DNA from: Spirochaetota bacterium
GTDB taxonomy: Bacteria > Spirochaetota > UBA4802 > JAFGDQ01
DNA: 54,602 bases
Assembly (NCBI GenBank): GCA_043803405.1
Contig: JAZDKB010000045.1
Coordinates: forward strand, 1 to 54,602
Direction: 5' to 3'
The position numbers and the translations under genes were made by a program. Every line of letters begins with the position of its first letter. The first letter of the stretch is position 1. Below are positions 52,191 to 54,602 of the stretch, in pieces. The notes under the pieces were generated by a model, which did not search any database, was not told the DNA's origin, and saw only the letters and a program-made list of their open reading frames with translations.

Positions 52191-52856
52191 TTAAATAAAA
52201 TAATATAATGATATATATGTTATCACGCTATAATTATGATCTACATACTCAGGGTTAATATATTTCTGATATGAAAGATCTATGCCAACAGTTACACTAG
52301 AATCATTTGATGAACTTTTAAAAGACCAGCCCGTTCCTGTAACAACAGAAATGCCACTTTCGTCAATACTATTATTATTATATTTCTTAATATAATCAGG
52401 GTCCTCTGTATAAAAAGACAAACTAGCAAACCCAAATCCGAATCTTAAAAATAGATTAGAAATTGGGAAATAGGTAACAAGCAAATTAAATTCACAAATA
52501 ATTAAATCTGATTGTTTACCATTTGGGGATATAGAACTTTCCCAATAATAATATGCTTTAGCTCCAAAAAATATGTCATTTCTATGTAAAATTCCTCCTT
52601 CAATACCTATGCCAAAAAATTCATCTATGTTTGGAGTATCCATAGAGTTACTTACTGTTAAATAACTTGCACCAACATAGCGGGATCTATTCGAAAATTT
52701 TTTATCAGCATAAGAAGTCGATTTATCAGAAGTTTTAATAGTTTCCTTATCATTCACATTTTGATTTTTTGTTTCTGCGTTTAATACAGTCGTAAGAAAT
52801 AAAATAATTACAAAAATTAATAAATAATGTAAAATTTTCATAATAAACCTCTGCAT
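52191..52856 (-). CDS. hypothetical outer-membrane beta-barrel-like protein
   Basis: Signal peptide; alternating aromatic beta strands; aromatic C-terminus (YYFI); very AT-rich. Confidence 0.65.
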   Translation of the reverse strand: MQRFIMKILHYLLIFVIILFLTTVLNAETKNQNVNDKETIKTSDKSTSYADKKFSNRSRYVGASYLTVSNSMDTPNIDEFFGIGIEGGILHRNDIFFGAKAYYYWESSISPNGKQSDLIICEFNLLVTYFPISNLFLRFGFGFASLSFYTEDPDYIKKYNNNSIDESGISVVTGTGWSFKSSSNDSSVTVGIDLSYQKYINPEYVDHNYSVITYISLYYFI

Positions 52857-52962
52857 TTAGAAATAGTTAATAATAATTTACAAAGGATTATTATATTTGT
52901 CTTCCTAAATGAAGAGATGTCTGTAAATAGGAATTGGTACTACCCTGAAAAAGTAGACACGC

Positions 52963-53790
52963 TCATGCTGCCTTTTTCAGCTGATTTTCAAATTCAACCG
53001 GTGTCAGGTATCCAAGGGTTCCATGCCGCCGTTTGCGATTGTAATAGCACTCAATATACTCGAATGTTTTTTGAAACACATCTCGTTCATCTCTAAAATT
53101 ACAGTGATATGCAAGTTCAGATTTATAAATACGAAAGAATGATTCGGCAACTGCATTATCCCAGCAGTTTCCTTTTCGCGACATACTTTGAATAAATTTA
53201 AACTGTGATAATGCTTCCCTGAAAGCATCACTGGCATATTGAGACCCACGATCGGAATGGATCATGGTACCCGGTGATAACTTCCGATTGAACACCGCTC
53301 GATGAAATGCTTTCAGAACCATTTCCGTATCGATGCTGGTGCTTACAGCCCAGCCGACAACCATACGGGAAAACAAATCTATAAACACCGTCAGATACAC
53401 CCAGCCGGCTTGTGATCTGATATAGGTTATATCATTGACGAGAACTTTATCAGGCTGATCAACAGTAAACTCTCGATCCAGAATATTCTCCGCTACCGGC
53501 AGATTATGATTTGAATCGGTGGTCACCACTCGGAATTTTCTGTGGGTTATTGCCCTCAGACCGTTAATTTTCATCTGATTAGCTACTCGATTCTTACCTG
53601 CCTGAACTCCCAGTGCATTAAGTTCTACTCTCATCTTCGGGCTGCCGATTCGTCCTTTGTGTTCTTCGTATATCTCTTTCATCTTTATTGTCAACTCTTC
53701 ATTCTTTTGCTTCCGTTTTGACGTATAATGATTGAGCCACTTATAAAAACCGCTGCGGGACACTTCAAGTACCCGGCACATCTCCTGCAC
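52963..53790 (-). CDS. IS3 transposase OrfB (DDE/rve); frame is open back to the slippery site near 53865
   Basis: DITYI, HSDRGSQY, GNCWDNAVAESFF and YYNRKRRH motifs. Confidence 0.95.
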   Translation of the reverse strand: MQEMCRVLEVSRSGFYKWLNHYTSKRKQKNEELTIKMKEIYEEHKGRIGSPKMRVELNALGVQAGKNRVANQMKINGLRAITHRKFRVVTTDSNHNLPVAENILDREFTVDQPDKVLVNDITYIRSQAGWVYLTVFIDLFSRMVVGWAVSTSIDTEMVLKAFHRAVFNRKLSPGTMIHSDRGSQYASDAFREALSQFKFIQSMSRKGNCWDNAVAESFFRIYKSELAYHCNFRDERDVFQKTFEYIECYYNRKRRHGTLGYLTPVEFENQLKKAA

Positions 53791-53813
53791 CGTAAATTCG
53801 GTGCGGTGTCCTG

Positions 53814-54116
53814 CTATGAACCTGAATATGGATTCGGGTCCTTTGAGAAGATGGCCACAGCTTTTTTTAAGATATAACGCTCTCGTGTAACCCGCGCCAA
53901 CTCTTTTTCCAATTGTCCGACTTTAATTTCCGATGGAAACTCTGGATTAGCTGCATCAGTCCTTTGTTGCCGATAGCTTCCTACCCATCCCTTCAGAACT
54001 CCGTAAGTGATACCAAGGGATTTCTCTACAGACCTGACTCCGCGGCCTTCTTCAACTACCATACGAACCGCTTCTTGTTTAAACTCATCATCATACTTTC
54101 TGTTACTCATAGACAC
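53814..54116 (-). CDS. IS3 transposase OrfA (HTH)
   Basis: RKYDDEFKQEAV...ERYILKKA. Confidence 0.93.
   Translation of the reverse strand: MSMSNRKYDDEFKQEAVRMVVEEGRGVRSVEKSLGITYGVLKGWVGSYRQQRTDAANPEFPSEIKVGQLEKELARVTRERYILKKAVAIFSKDPNPYSGS
53861..53868 (-). other. programmed -1 frameshift site (A7G)
   Basis: AAAAAAAG near the end of orfA; the -1 frame reads KSCGHLLKGPESIFRFI... into OrfB. Confidence 0.85.
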
Positions 54117-54294
54117 ACTCTCCTTTTTCCTAATATAATTAGGGATTTATATGTGTCTACTAAATCAGGGAAGCATCATGCCTTAGGCTAAATTTTTTTA
54201 CTCACCCCCCCCTAACCCCGCTATGTAGTAGTCAAGGGATTTGAGGCTATTTCTTTAAAAATAATTTTAAATTGCTGCTTGTTTGAAGATATTT

Positions 54295-54405
54295 TTCCAA
54301 CCCGCTATTCGTGCTTTATGCACAGTTTAATTATTCGTTTTTTTTAATTAAGCGCTGACAAACCCTCTCACGTATTCAAAGTACAGGGTCAGGGACGTCA
54401 TGCGC
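54295..54405 (-). ncRNA. putative bridge/seek RNA (target- and donor-binding loops)
   Basis: Two parallel guide-15-nt hairpin-guide modules; guides match the flank and the element end (see findings). Confidence 0.7.
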
Positions 54406-54449
54406 CTTTTTACTTTGGAATAATTTCTTTTTAACAAGCTCCTTATTAT

Positions 54450-54602
54450 TTATTCTAAAACACCAATTATATATTCTTCACGAGAAAGAAGAACTGCTCT
54501 TATCCTTAATGCCAGCTTTCTGGCTACAGCAACAATGGCTTTCTTTTTACTGCCACAGTTCTTAACTACTCTGTTAAATTTATCTAATAACGCCGGATCA
54601 TG
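54450..54602 (-). CDS. IS110-family transposase/recombinase, C-terminal 50 aa (partial)
   Basis: Translation HDPALLDKFNRVVKNCGSKKKAIVAVARKLALRIRAVLLSREEYIIGVLE*; contains the KKAIVAVARKL signature. Confidence 0.9.
   Translation of the reverse strand, partial: HDPALLDKFNRVVKNCGSKKKAIVAVARKLALRIRAVLLSREEYIIGVLE

Larger units (their letters stand above)
52935..54178 (-). mobile_element. IS3-family insertion sequence (1244 bp)
   Basis: 26-bp TG...CA inverted repeats TGGTACTACCCTGAAAAAGTAGACAC (52935-52960) and GTGTCTACTAAATCAGGGAAGCATCA (54153-54178); orfA/orfB layout. Confidence 0.95.
54218..54602 (-). mobile_element. right part of an IS110-family element (3' non-coding end layout, IS1111-like), truncated by the window edge
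   Basis: Recombinase C-terminus, about 230 bp of non-coding end, then outward TTGACT (54235-54230) and ACTACATAGC abutting a REP-like CTCACCCCCCCCTAACCCC flank. Confidence 0.85.

Overview
AT-rich bacterial chromosomal window whose gene content (LipL45/FecR-like lipoprotein, bactofilin-YaaR-holB-PSP1-metG cluster) suggests a Leptospira-related spirochaete; AhbD and a CoA-dehydratase activase hint at anaerobic metabolism (inference). About 3.7-51.8 kb is mostly housekeeping, envelope and signalling genes. The left end (1-3550) holds an integrase-less integron cassette array (3 attC sites; mntP, a DUF6998-like nuclease and a hypothetical gene), then a divergent 119-aa helical ORF followed by a 14-unit, 21-bp-periodic palindromic array. 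The right end (51.8-54.6 kb) holds REP-like hairpins, a complete IS3-family element and the 3' end of an IS110-family recombinase. The IS110 downstream non-coding end has a readable bridge-RNA-like two-loop structure whose guides match the REP-type site the element sits in. A 50-aa HTH gene missed by the ORF track lies at 19037-19189. All calls are by eye; no database searches were run.
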